A stretch of 64,000 nt of DNA from Candidatus Sumerlaeia bacterium. GTDB taxonomy: Bacteria > Sumerlaeota > Sumerlaeia > SLMS01 > JANRJK01. Made by a program: the position numbers and the translations under genes. The stretch lies in the NCBI GenBank assembly GCA_033764015.1, contig JANRJK010000013.1:542174-606173 (forward strand), in the 5' to 3' direction. Shown piece after piece: positions 40,415 to 50,304 of this stretch (the first letter of the stretch is position 1; each line of letters opens with the position of its first letter). The notes beneath the pieces are model-generated. The model searched no databases and was not told the origin of the DNA. It saw nothing but the letters and a program-made list of their open reading frames with translations.

Positions 40415-40422
40415 GGAGTTCC

Positions 40423-40950
40423 TCAGCGGATGAGTTGGTAGCGGAGCCGCGCGGCGCGCGCGAGCTCGCGGATCTGCGGATCGCCGTCGGCGCCGTACTG
40501 CTCGATCAGCGCCTTGTACGCCGCCTGCGCCCGCTGCGGCTGCTTCAACTCGTCGTAGGCGAGGCCCATCCCGTACAGTCCGCCCGCGTGCACCTGCGGG
40601 TTCTCCGGGTGCTTGGCGACGGCTTCCTCGTACAGTTCGAGGGCGGCGGGCCAGTTGTCCTGGTCGCGCTGCAGTTCCGCGGTGCGGAGCAGCGCCAGCG
40701 GCGCCGCGTCGCGGTCCGTGGGGAAGCGCTCGATGACGAGTTCGTAGGCGGCGATCGCCTTGGCGTACTCCTCGGTGCGGTTCTCGACGTCGAAGGTGTT
40801 CCGGGCGCGGCGGTCCTGCGAGTAGGCGACTTCGAGCTGCGCCTCCGCGGTGTCCATTTCGGGGATCACCCAGTCGGGGCCGCTGCGGAAGTGGGAGCAG
40901 CCGCCGAGCAGCAGGAGCGCGGCGAGCGTTGCGGGCAGTAGCTTCGTCAA
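40423..40950 (-). CDS. TPR-repeat lipoprotein
   Basis: TTG start after GAGGTGG. Lipobox LLLLGGCS. TPR repeats (AIAAYELVIERFP, ALELYEEAVAKHPENP). Start/stop overlap with ruvX (TTGA). Confidence 0.6.
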   Translation of the reverse strand: MTKLLPATLAALLLLGGCSHFRSGPDWVIPEMDTAEAQLEVAYSQDRRARNTFDVENRTEEYAKAIAAYELVIERFPTDRDAAPLALLRTAELQRDQDNWPAALELYEEAVAKHPENPQVHAGGLYGMGLAYDELKQPQRAQAAYKALIEQYGADGDPQIRELARAARLRYQLIR

Positions 40951-41384
40951 GGGGCCACCTCGTCGGGGGGATCGGCGGCGCGCGCGGCGCCGCCGGTGGA
41001 GTCCATGTAGTCGCGCAGGATGATCGCGGCGGCAAGCGCATCGGTGGCGTGGCGGTCGCCGAGCTCCGCCTCGCGGCGGATCTCGCCGGCCTCCAGGGAT
41101 GTGTAGCGCTCGTCCTGGTAGCGCACCGGAACGCGGCCCAGGCGGCGCTGGAGCGAGCGGCCGAAGGCGAGCACCTTCTCCGCCTGGTCGCCTTTCGAGC
41201 CGTCGCGGAGCAGGGGCAGGCCCAGGACCACCTCGCCCGCGCGGTGCTCCTCGACCAGCCGCTGCACCGCGTCGAGGATCTGGGTGCGGCCCTTGCGCTC
41301 GATGGTGGCGAGCGGCTCGCACACGATGCGCGAGCGCGACAGGGCGACGCCGACCCAGCGGTCGCCCACGTCGAGCGCGAGCAC
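40947..41384 (-). CDS. ruvX: Holliday junction resolvase-like RuvX/YqgF
   Basis: VLALDVGDRWVGVALS, LVEEHRAGEVVLGLP and DERYTS...DALAAAIIL. GTG start. Confidence 0.8.
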   Translation of the reverse strand: MLALDVGDRWVGVALSRSRIVCEPLATIERKGRTQILDAVQRLVEEHRAGEVVLGLPLLRDGSKGDQAEKVLAFGRSLQRRLGRVPVRYQDERYTSLEAGEIRREAELGDRHATDALAAAIILRDYMDSTGGAARAADPPDEVAP

Positions 41385-41433
41385 GGGGACCGGAGCGGGG
41401 TTCAGCGGACTTGCGGCCCCGCGCCGCGCGCGC

Positions 41434-41810
41434 GGATGTTGCCCGCGATGGATGGAAGGATGCCTAGGAAGCCCAAGCTGGTCCACGCCCTGAAGATGAT
41501 TTTCGGCGTCCGCGACGCGGAGGCCGCGGAAGGCTTTTATCTCGAAGGCATGTGGAGCGCGGAGCAAGGGAACGAGGATGCCGCCCGCGAGCTGTTCCGC
41601 ACCGCGGCGCTGCTCGACAAGCGCTTCGGGGGCGCCCGCTACAACTTCGCGGCGTTGACCGAGAAGCGCCTAGGCGCGTCCCCGGAGACGATCGCCGCCT
41701 GGAAGGACTACGTCGCCTGCGCCGCGGACGACTCGCGGCAGCCCGCCGAGATCATCGAGAAAGTCCGCCGCCACATCGCGGACCTCGAAGCGAAGACCGC
41801 CCGTGGGTGA
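41434..41810 (+). CDS. Hypothetical protein
   Basis: About 125 aa in the real-looking part of ORF 40929..41810. Start is uncertain (41434, 41449 or 41458). Confidence 0.4.
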
Positions 41811-42699
41811 GCCGCTCCGGTTCTCCATCGTCATCGTCTCGCTCAACGGGTGCGCGCGCATCGCGATGCCGCTCGACGCGCTCCGCAAGTGCGTGCCCGC
41901 GCCCGCGGAGGTCATCCTTGTGGACAACGGCAGCACCGACGGGCTCTCGCCCTTCGTGCGGAAGAACTACCCGGAGGTGCGCCTCGTGCGCGCGCCGCGG
42001 AATCTGGGGTTCGGCGGCGGAAACAACCTGGGCATCCTGAACGCTTCCGGCGGAATCGTGGTGCTACTCAACGACGACACCGAACCGGACCCCGGCTGGC
42101 TCGCGCCTTTGGAGCGGGCGTTCCGCGAGGACCCGAAGCTCGGCTGCGCGGGGTGCAGGCTGCTCTATCCCGGCACGCGCAAGGTGCAGCACCTCGGCGG
42201 GTTCGTGCACGCGAACGGGCTCACGGACCACGCGCACTGGGGCGAGGACGCGGCGGCCACGGAGGGCCTGCCGGTCCGCGAGGTCGACTACGCGACCGGC
42301 GCGGCGATGGCGGTCCGCCGCGAGTGCCTAGCCCAGACCGGGCTGCTCGACGAGTGCTTCTGGCCGATCTACTTCGAGGAGGTCGACTGGTGCGCGCGCG
42401 CGCGGCGGAGGGGCTGGCGCGTCGCCGTCGTGCCCGAGTCGACCGTCGTGCACCACGAGAGCCAGACGACCGAACGCTTCAGCCCCCGCTTCCTGCGCAT
42501 GTACCACCGGAACCGGATCCGCTTCCTGCTGAAGAACCGCGCGGCGCGCGAGTGGCCCGGCGTGATCCGCGCCGAGGCGCGCTGGCTCGCCGGCCATGCG
42601 CCGTGGGACAGCCTCTGGGCGTGCTCGCTCGCCTACGCCTGGGGCGCCGCGCAGTGCGTCGAGATCCTCGCGCGCGAAGCGCGCGGCGAGCGCTTCTGA
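41803..42699 (+). CDS. GT2 glycosyltransferase
   Basis: FSIVIVSLNGCARI...VILVDNGSTDG...LLNDDTEPD is a GT-A DxD architecture. Confidence 0.8.
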   Translation: MGEPLRFSIVIVSLNGCARIAMPLDALRKCVPAPAEVILVDNGSTDGLSPFVRKNYPEVRLVRAPRNLGFGGGNNLGILNASGGIVVLLNDDTEPDPGWLAPLERAFREDPKLGCAGCRLLYPGTRKVQHLGGFVHANGLTDHAHWGEDAAATEGLPVREVDYATGAAMAVRRECLAQTGLLDECFWPIYFEEVDWCARARRRGWRVAVVPESTVVHHESQTTERFSPRFLRMYHRNRIRFLLKNRAAREWPGVIRAEARWLAGHAPWDSLWACSLAYAWGAAQCVEILAREARGERF

Positions 42700-44123
42700 T
42701 GGCGCCGCGCCGCATCGCCCTCCTCGGCACCGGCCCACTCCTGGACGAGGGGGCGACGGTCTTCAGCGGCCAGTGCCTGCGCACGTGGCACTTCGCCGCG
42801 CCGCTCATCGAGGCGGGCCACGACGTCCGCATCGCCACGGTGCCGATCCCCGGGGCGCTCGTCGAGGACGGCGACACCGCATCGGAGGCGGAGTACCGCG
42901 GCCACCGCTACCGCCGCTACCACCGCAACGACGAGGGCTCCGTGCTGCCGGACCTGCGCGCGTGGGTCGAGGCCGCGCGGCCGGACGTGCTGCTCGGTGT
43001 GAACCAGTACCCGGCCTACCTGCTCGCGAGGCTCGGCCTCGATCTTCCGCTCTGGGCGGACCTGAACGGCTGGAACATGGCGGAGGGACAGATCCGCGCG
43101 GCGTCCGTGGGTCACGACCGCGACTTCGGCCACTTCTGGCGGATCGAAGCGCGGGTGCTCCTCGCGGCGGACCGGTTCTCCGCGGTGAGCGCGCGACAGG
43201 CCGACGCCCTCTACGGCGAGCTCGCGATGCTGGGGCGCCTGAACCGATTCACCGCCGCGGAGCCATTCTGCCACGCGATCCCGAACGCGGCGTACCCGGT
43301 CTTCGCGTCCATCGAGCGGCGCGAGGCGATCCCCGGCTTCCTCGCGGACCGGCTCCCGGCGGGCGCGAAGGTCTGCCTCTGGAGCGGAGGCTTCAATTCG
43401 TGGACCGACGGGGCCCTGCTGGCGGACGGGCTCTCCCGGGCCCTCGAACTCGAGCCCGCGTCGCACTTCGTGGCAACCGGCGGGCCGGTCCTGGGCCACG
43501 ACGAGGAGACTTTCCAGCGCATCGAAACCCTGCTTCGGGCGCGCTTCCCGGCGGAGCGCACGCACCTTCTGGGTTGGATCGCGCAGGAGCGGATGCTCGA
43601 GCTGCACGCGTGCGCCGGCGTGGGCCTCAGCCTCGACGGCGCGAACATCGAGGCGCGCTTCGGCGCCCGGAACCGGCTGACGAACATGCTGGCGGCCGGC
43701 GTCCCGGTGGTGACCACGCCCGGGACGGAGATCGCCGATTGGATCGCCGCGAGCGGAGCGGGGCGCGTGGTGCCGCTCGGGGACGCGGCGGCCCTCGGAG
43801 CCGCGCTTTCGGAGGCGCTCGCGGACCGCGCCGCTTCGGACCGCGCGGCCGCCCGCGCGCGCGAGTTGGCGCTCCGGGACTTCGCCCCGGCCCGGACGGT
43901 GGCGCCGCTGCTCCGGTGGCTCGATGACCCCCGCCCCGCGGCGGACCGCTCGCAGCAGGCCCGCGCGGAACTCGCCACCTCGCCGCCGGGGCGCTTGGCG
44001 GACTGGATCGAGGGGAAATGCCACGAGCCGCTCCCGTTCGCCACCCCGCCGCCAACGGTTGCGCCAGCCCTCGGATTGTCCCTCACTGGTCGCATCAAGA
44101 GAATGCTTCGGAGACGTCCATGA
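42699..44123 (+). CDS. GT-B fold glycosyltransferase (GT1/GT4-like)
   Basis: ATG overlaps the upstream TGA. The C-terminal half has a GT-B donor-binding region (LLGWIAQERMLELHACAGVGLSLD...AAGVPVVTTPGTEIADWI). Confidence 0.7.
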   Translation: MAPRRIALLGTGPLLDEGATVFSGQCLRTWHFAAPLIEAGHDVRIATVPIPGALVEDGDTASEAEYRGHRYRRYHRNDEGSVLPDLRAWVEAARPDVLLGVNQYPAYLLARLGLDLPLWADLNGWNMAEGQIRAASVGHDRDFGHFWRIEARVLLAADRFSAVSARQADALYGELAMLGRLNRFTAAEPFCHAIPNAAYPVFASIERREAIPGFLADRLPAGAKVCLWSGGFNSWTDGALLADGLSRALELEPASHFVATGGPVLGHDEETFQRIETLLRARFPAERTHLLGWIAQERMLELHACAGVGLSLDGANIEARFGARNRLTNMLAAGVPVVTTPGTEIADWIAASGAGRVVPLGDAAALGAALSEALADRAASDRAAARARELALRDFAPARTVAPLLRWLDDPRPAADRSQQARAELATSPPGRLADWIEGKCHEPLPFATPPPTVAPALGLSLTGRIKRMLRRRP

Positions 44124-45856
44124 TCCGCCTCGCCGCCCTCCTCCTGCTCCTGCTGCCCCTCGCGCTGCCGGCCCAGCCACGTCCGCTCGCCACCGGTCTG
44201 GGCGAGGAGGCGACGGAGGCGGACCTCCGGCTGTTCCTCGGCGCGGCGGGCCGCGACGCCACCTACCTGGACCGGCTCGCGACGGCGGGGGAGGAGGGTG
44301 ACGAGGCGCTGGACAACCAGCTCCGCGAAGACCTTCAACGCTACTTCGAGGCAATGCTCGCTGGCCGCGCCGCGTCACCCGAGGAAGCCGGCCTCGACTC
44401 GGACCTCGTTGCAAAGGGCGCGCGGATGCTCGCCGGCAACGCCGCGCGCCAAGTCTGGGAGCGCGAGTTCGTCCGCCCCGGCGTCGTGATCCACGAGGAG
44501 GACGTCGCGTTCCACTACCGGCGCAACTGGCGCGACTTCAACACGGCGCGCACGGCGAACATCTTCCGCCTGAAGCTCGACTTCCCGCAGCCGCTGACCG
44601 CCGAGGGCGTCGAGGACGTCCGGGTCTTGGCGCGGACGCTGCGCTCCGCTGCGCTCACGGGAGGCGGCCTCGAAGCCGCGATCGCGCCGATGCGGATGAG
44701 GCGCTCCGAGGAGACCGGCCGCGCCGCGCTCCCCTTCGACAGCCCGACGCTCGACCGCCAGACACGCGACGTGGTGTTTTCGCTCCGCCCCGCGGAGGTC
44801 TCCCAACCCTATGAGACCGCCGACGCGATCTACCTGTTCGAGATGCTTTCGATCGAAGGCGAGCGCTTCCCGCCCTTGTCGGAGGTGGAGGGCGAAATCC
44901 GTCCGCTTCTGGTGGAGAAGTTCGTTCCGCAGCAGTTCGACTACCAGTTGCTGAAGCTGTCGCGCCGGGCCCGGCCGATCAACCGCGCCGGGATGGTCGC
45001 CACGCTGCCGGAGGACGCCGACCTCTTCAGCGTCCGGGGGTTCGGGATCACGCTCGGCGAGTTCCGCCGCATCTTCCCGGAGATCGCAGGACCCGCGGAG
45101 GCACCCCGGCGCACCGCGGTCGCCGAGTCGGTGGCGCGCTTCGTCGACTCCGAGGTCGTCGCGCAGGAACTGGAGCGCACCGGCCTTGGCGGCGACCCGG
45201 AGTTCCGCCGCGCCTTCGAAGTGGCGGAGGCGCTGGTGAAGGCGGACGGCGTGCGCCGCGCCCGTCGACTCGAAATCGTTCCGACCGAGGCGGAGATCGA
45301 TGCGTTCCTGCGCGACCGCTCGGCCGACATCGTGCCGCAGGACCGGCTCGAAGTGTGGCGCCTCGCCCTCGGCCCGCGCCGCCCCGAGGCGTTGTCCCCC
45401 GGCGAGCGGCAGTCGCTAACGCTTGTCAACCGCGGCACCCTCGCCCGGATGACCGCGCAGGCTGCGCAGCAGATCGAAGAGCGCCGCCAGATCGCCGGCG
45501 ACCGCGTCTTCGCCCAGCCGGAACCGATCGTCGACAACCTGCCCCGTCCCGAGGACGACCGCGTGCGGGTGCGCTTCGACCTTGTCGGCACAGGCGAGCC
45601 GTCGCGGATCCGCGCGGACCTGCGCGTCTCCCTCGACGCGTCATCGCTGGGCAAGTTTTCGCCGGCGGTCGAGCGCGCGGACGGATCGGTCGCGAGCTAC
45701 TACGTCTCCGCCGTCGAACGCGCTGCGCCGCTGGATGGCGCATCGCTCCGCGAGCGCGCCCGCCTGCTGCTCATCGAGGAACTCGCCCGCGAGCCGGAGC
45801 GCAGCCGAGTCGAGAAGGCTTTGAAGGACGGCTCGATCCGGTTGCTCTATCCGTAA
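44120..45856 (+). CDS. Secreted hypothetical protein (578 aa)
   Basis: ATG 44120 overlaps the upstream stop. Signal peptide MIRLAALLLLLLPLALPAQP. Confidence 0.55.
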   Translation: MIRLAALLLLLLPLALPAQPRPLATGLGEEATEADLRLFLGAAGRDATYLDRLATAGEEGDEALDNQLREDLQRYFEAMLAGRAASPEEAGLDSDLVAKGARMLAGNAARQVWEREFVRPGVVIHEEDVAFHYRRNWRDFNTARTANIFRLKLDFPQPLTAEGVEDVRVLARTLRSAALTGGGLEAAIAPMRMRRSEETGRAALPFDSPTLDRQTRDVVFSLRPAEVSQPYETADAIYLFEMLSIEGERFPPLSEVEGEIRPLLVEKFVPQQFDYQLLKLSRRARPINRAGMVATLPEDADLFSVRGFGITLGEFRRIFPEIAGPAEAPRRTAVAESVARFVDSEVVAQELERTGLGGDPEFRRAFEVAEALVKADGVRRARRLEIVPTEAEIDAFLRDRSADIVPQDRLEVWRLALGPRRPEALSPGERQSLTLVNRGTLARMTAQAAQQIEERRQIAGDRVFAQPEPIVDNLPRPEDDRVRVRFDLVGTGEPSRIRADLRVSLDASSLGKFSPAVERADGSVASYYVSAVERAAPLDGASLRERARLLLIEELAREPERSRVEKALKDGSIRLLYP

Positions 45857-45862
45857 TCACCG

Positions 45863-48800
45863 TCACCTCGCGGACGCAGTTGCCTTGAGGGCGAACTCGC
45901 GTGCCACGCGGTTCAGCGCCTGCAGGTCGGTCTTCCCGGTGCCCAGGATGGGGATCTCCTTCACCGCGAAGAAGTCGGCGAACTTGGGGATCCAGAGGTT
46001 CGGGAGCAACCCGGAGGCCGCCAGCCCCTCCGCGGCCGCCGCGGCGGTCTCGCGGTCGCACGCGTACAGCACCACGAGCCGCTCGCCCTTCCGTTCGTCC
46101 GGTACTCCGGTCACCGCGAAGACGCGCTCCGACTGGCCCGACAGTTCCTGGAGCGCATCCTCGACCTTGAGGTGCGGAACCATCTCGCCGCCGATCTTCG
46201 AGAAGCGCGAGAGGCGGTCCGTGATCTGGATGAAGCCGTCCTCGTCCACGCGCCCGACGTCCCCCGTGATGTACCAGCCGTCCCGAAGCACGTCCGCGGT
46301 CTTCTCCGGCTCCTTGTAGTAGCCCGCCATGATGTTGGGGCCGCGCACGATGATCATTCCGGGTTCGCCCACCGGCAGCGGCTGCATCGTGGCGGGATCG
46401 ACCACGCGCACCGCCACGCCGGGGAGCGGATGGCCGATCCACCCCTCGCGGTTGCCGACCTGGAAGATGCCGGGCTGTCGGATGTTCACGGTCGAAAGCG
46501 ACGTGACGGGCGACGTTTCCGTGGCTCCGTAGCCCTCGATGGGTCGGATGCCGAAGCGGGCGAGGAACTCGTCCGCGAGCGGCTTGCGCAGCTTCTCCGC
46601 GCCGGTCAGGACGAACTTGAGCGAGCCGAACTGGGCGGGCTCGACGCGGCGCGTGTACGCCTGCAGGAAGGTCGGTGTGGCGATGAGGATCGTCACCTTG
46701 TACTTCTCGACCATCCCGCCCACCGCGCGGGCGTCCAGCGGATTCGGGTAGTACGCGACCTTCACCCCGCCGAGCAGCGGCAGCCAGAGCGTCGCCATGA
46801 AGCCGAAGGAGTGGAACATCGGCAGGATGCCGAGCAGCGTGTCCCTCTCGCGGACGGGGAACACCTGCAGCGCGCCCACGCAGTTCGACCAGATGTTCCA
46901 ATGCGTGAGCATCACGCCCTTGGGGTCGCCGGTGCTGCCGGAGGAGAAGATGAGCGTGGCGACATCGTGGAGGCGCGCCTTGGACGTGCGGCCGAGTTCC
47001 GACTCAAGCTCGTCCGGGTCCTTGAACAACCCCGCGAGGAGCGCCCGGACGCGGTCGCCGGAAGTGACGGACTTGCGGATGTCCTCGAGGAAGATCGTCT
47101 CGATGCCGGCGAAGTCGCCCTCCCCGGTCGGTTTGAGGAACGGGCGCAGGTCGATGCGCTCTGCGAGCTTCTCAAGGAAGATGCGCGACGTGTAGATCTT
47201 GCGGATGCCGGCTTTCCGCGCCACTCGGGCGATCAGCTCCGGCGACATCGTGTAGTTCAGGTTCACCGGCGTGTGCCCGGCGAGGAGCGCGCCGAGGTTC
47301 AGCGCCGCACTGCCTGCGCTCGGCGGGAGCACGATGCCGACGAACTCCTCGCCGTCCCAGGTGGGCTTCAGCTTGCGCGCGAGCACGATCGCCGCGGCGA
47401 CGTACTTCGCCCGCGAGAGGTACTCGGGGGCGTTCACGTCGGCGACGAACGGCGCGAGCGGGCTCTTGCGGCACAGGCGCAGCGCCTCGCGATGCAGCGG
47501 CAGGGCGTCCGCGCGGCGCTCGTCGAACGCATCGACGAGCAGCTCCTGGATCGCCTGGCGCAGCTCGTACGCGGGCACGTCGTCGGCGAGCGGTGCGCCG
47601 AACGCGACGTTGATGGGGCGCTTCCGGAACCGCAGGTAGGGGCTCTTGAACAGGCCGCCCAGCCGCATTCCCCAGTTCGACTCCCACATGCCGTCGATGG
47701 CGACCGGGATGATCGGCGCGCCGGTGCCTCTCATGATCTTCTCGTACCCGCGGCGGACTGGCAGCATGTGTCCATGCCGGGTGATCTGCCCCTCGGCGTA
47801 GATGCAGACCAGATCGCCCGCCTTGACCGCCTCGCTGGCCGCGCGGAGCGAGTGGATGATTTCGCGCGGCGACATGGCGCTGCTGATCGGGATCGTGTTG
47901 GTCACCTTTGCGAACGGGTAGACGAACCACTTCTTATAGTAGTAGTCGCTCATCAGGAAGCGCACCGGACGTCCGACGGTCGCCGCCACGATGATGCCGT
48001 CGAGGAACGACTGGTGGTTCGCCACGAGCAGCGCACCACCGGTCTTGGGGACGTTTTCCAAACCGCGTACGCGAACCCGGTAGAACAAGTTGAAGAGGAA
48101 CTTGATCTGGAACCGCAGCGGGATCTCGGGTAGCTTCACCCAAACGAAGGCGCCTGCGAAGAGCATGAGGATGCCACCGCTCAGGAACGCGGTCGGCGTG
48201 GGAAAACCGAGTTTCCCGATGAGCGACAACATCAGCGAGCCGGTCACCATGCCGAAGGCGGTGACGAAGTTCTGCGCCGCCCAAATGCCGCCGCGCGCGT
48301 CCGCGTCCGAGGTGTTCACGATGTAAGACTGGAGGGGGACCGAGAAGAAGCCTGCGAAGAACCCGACGACGCCCATCGAGCCGGCCACCAGCCACGGGTC
48401 CGGGATCGGTTGGACGCCGAGCCAATACGTGGCGACTCCGAAAACGAACATGCCGAAGGCGCCGATCGGCACGAGGCCCAGTTCGATCTCGCCGCCGCTG
48501 GCCTTGGAGGCGAGGAAGCATCCAAAGCCCATGCCGAGCGCGATCGGCAGCATCGCGAGGCCAGCCTGCTGGTAGTCGAGACCGAGCGTGCTGGTCGCGA
48601 TGATCGGCGCGGCGCTTTGCATCAGCACGGCAACCAGCCACCAGATGAACATTCCGGCGACCGCCATGCTGAGGCCGGGGTGGCGGTGGATCTCGCCGAG
48701 GTTGCGCCGGACTTCCGGGACGGGATTGATCTCCAGCACGAGGTCCGGCCGCGCGGCGGGCGTGACATGCATCTGCATCCCCGCCCAAGTTCCGGAAACC

Positions 48801-49480
48801 GCCAACGCCACAAGCAGTAGGCCCGGAATCCAAAGCGCATCGAGGAAAGTCCCGAACAGCCAAGGCCCCGCGACGGTGCCGATGATGATCGCGAGGAAAG
48901 TCGCTCCCTGCAGCACGCCATTCGCCCAGCCCAGCTTCGGTTCCTCGATGAGCTCGGGAAGGATGCCGTACTTCGCGGGACTGAAAAGCGCGCTCTGCAT
49001 CCCTGTGAACATGAGAACGACCATCGATGGCCAAAGCATCCCCGCTGCGAGCGTCGCGAGGCCGCCGGTCATGACCGCGATCTCGAGGATCTTGGTCCAG
49101 AGCGCGACCCTCGACTTGGAGAACTTGTCTGCGATGGCGCCGGCGAAGGTCGCAGTGAACATGTATGGCAGGATGAAGAGCGCGCCGGCGATACCGTTCA
49201 GCTTGTTGGCCGCCGCTTCCGCCGCCGCTGGATCCCCTGCATTCGCCAAAGTTGCCAGATGGATGCCGAGGAAGACGACAATGAAGCGGAAGATATTGTC
49301 CAAAAGCGCTCCTTGGAACATGAGCGCATTGAGCCACCAGAAGGAGCGGATAGCGCGACGGCTTCCGGGGGGGGCGTCTCGGAAGGCGGATACGGGCAGC
49401 TCAATGCGGGATTCGGTCACGGTGCGGGGGCTCCAACGGGCGCTAACCGGAATGCAAACGCTCGTTTGCGACCGAGTCAA
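45863..49480 (-). CDS. aas: Triple fusion: lysophospholipid transporter LplT (MFS) :: 2-acyl-GPE acyltransferase (PlsC-like) :: acyl-ACP synthetase (AMP-binding)
   Basis: MFS N-terminus (FQGALLDNIFRFIVVFLG), then the acyltransferase HX4D motif (LLVANHQSFLDGIIV), then AMP-binding motifs (LIFSSGSTGDPKGVMLTH, EGYGATETSPV, ILGTGKTD). The exact start within 49330..49480 is uncertain. Confidence 0.85.
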   Translation of the reverse strand: MTRSQTSVCIPVSARWSPRTVTESRIELPVSAFRDAPPGSRRAIRSFWWLNALMFQGALLDNIFRFIVVFLGIHLATLANAGDPAAAEAAANKLNGIAGALFILPYMFTATFAGAIADKFSKSRVALWTKILEIAVMTGGLATLAAGMLWPSMVVLMFTGMQSALFSPAKYGILPELIEEPKLGWANGVLQGATFLAIIIGTVAGPWLFGTFLDALWIPGLLLVALAVSGTWAGMQMHVTPAARPDLVLEINPVPEVRRNLGEIHRHPGLSMAVAGMFIWWLVAVLMQSAAPIIATSTLGLDYQQAGLAMLPIALGMGFGCFLASKASGGEIELGLVPIGAFGMFVFGVATYWLGVQPIPDPWLVAGSMGVVGFFAGFFSVPLQSYIVNTSDADARGGIWAAQNFVTAFGMVTGSLMLSLIGKLGFPTPTAFLSGGILMLFAGAFVWVKLPEIPLRFQIKFLFNLFYRVRVRGLENVPKTGGALLVANHQSFLDGIIVAATVGRPVRFLMSDYYYKKWFVYPFAKVTNTIPISSAMSPREIIHSLRAASEAVKAGDLVCIYAEGQITRHGHMLPVRRGYEKIMRGTGAPIIPVAIDGMWESNWGMRLGGLFKSPYLRFRKRPINVAFGAPLADDVPAYELRQAIQELLVDAFDERRADALPLHREALRLCRKSPLAPFVADVNAPEYLSRAKYVAAAIVLARKLKPTWDGEEFVGIVLPPSAGSAALNLGALLAGHTPVNLNYTMSPELIARVARKAGIRKIYTSRIFLEKLAERIDLRPFLKPTGEGDFAGIETIFLEDIRKSVTSGDRVRALLAGLFKDPDELESELGRTSKARLHDVATLIFSSGSTGDPKGVMLTHWNIWSNCVGALQVFPVRERDTLLGILPMFHSFGFMATLWLPLLGGVKVAYYPNPLDARAVGGMVEKYKVTILIATPTFLQAYTRRVEPAQFGSLKFVLTGAEKLRKPLADEFLARFGIRPIEGYGATETSPVTSLSTVNIRQPGIFQVGNREGWIGHPLPGVAVRVVDPATMQPLPVGEPGMIIVRGPNIMAGYYKEPEKTADVLRDGWYITGDVGRVDEDGFIQITDRLSRFSKIGGEMVPHLKVEDALQELSGQSERVFAVTGVPDERKGERLVVLYACDRETAAAAAEGLAASGLLPNLWIPKFADFFAVKEIPILGTGKTDLQALNRVAREFALKATASAR
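49454..49469. promoter_or_regulatory. Palindrome GCAAACG-CT-CGTTTGC at the aas 5' end
   Basis: Perfect 7-bp inverted repeat read directly. It lies in the leader or extreme 5' end of aas. Confidence 0.35.
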
Positions 49481-49645
49481 CGATCATTTACCCATCGGCG
49501 ACCAAATGCCGCCGTAGTGGGCAGGCTTTCAACCTGCACCCGCGCGAGCAAGCGGCATCGGTGGCGGTGGTGGATCAGCGTGGATGACTGGGCGGGGCGG
49601 GGGCGCGGCTGCGGGCAAGCGCTCGCCCGCCGCCAAGGGAGGGCC

Positions 49646-50299
49646 TCAGTAGATACCGAAGACGTTGCGGCGCCGGGCGAGGATCGCCGCATCCTCCGCG
49701 ATGTCCTCCATCACTTCGAGGCGCGAGTCGAAGTAGTCGCGGTCTCCCTCTTCGTACTCCCATACGCGCTCGCCCTTGAGCACGTCCCAGAACTCGAGCC
49801 GCACGCGGGCGCGGCTGCTCCAGACGCTGGTGAACTGGTTCTGGGTCTGGTTCGACTTCTCGACGATGGGGACCAGCACGAAATCCACTCCGAGGGCCCG
49901 TCCATAGTCCACGGGACTCTGGCTTTGGAGCAGCTCCGCGCGGTCCGCCGGGTTGAGCGACGGGAAGGAGCGCTGGGCGAGGCGGTCGCGCTGCGCCAAG
50001 AACACCACCATGTCCTCCTCGTCGTAGACGTTGAGGCCGGGAAGCTTGCGGAACTCGCGGGAGACCGCCTCGGTCGCGAGGAGGCCGTCGTTGCCGGACT
50101 TGAGGATCTTGCGTTGGGAGAACCACCAGCCGTCGGTCGTCAGCTCGCCGTCCTTCGCGACCGCCTCGAGCAGGCGCCCGTCGAGCACGGCGACCTTCAC
50201 CTCGCGGGTGGGCTGCGGGCGCCGCGCGCAGGAGGCGCCCGCGAGCAGCGCCGCGGCGATCGCTGCGGCGGTTGCGAGGCGGAGGACGGCGTGGCGCAT
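49646..50299 (-). CDS. Hypothetical lipoprotein
   Basis: ATG 50299. Lipobox LLAGASC. 217 aa. 5 nt downstream of the aminopeptidase stop. Confidence 0.55.
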   Translation of the reverse strand: MRHAVLRLATAAAIAAALLAGASCARRPQPTREVKVAVLDGRLLEAVAKDGELTTDGWWFSQRKILKSGNDGLLATEAVSREFRKLPGLNVYDEEDMVVFLAQRDRLAQRSFPSLNPADRAELLQSQSPVDYGRALGVDFVLVPIVEKSNQTQNQFTSVWSSRARVRLEFWDVLKGERVWEYEEGDRDYFDSRLEVMEDIAEDAAILARRRNVFGIY

Positions 50300-50304
50300 C
50301 GGGA

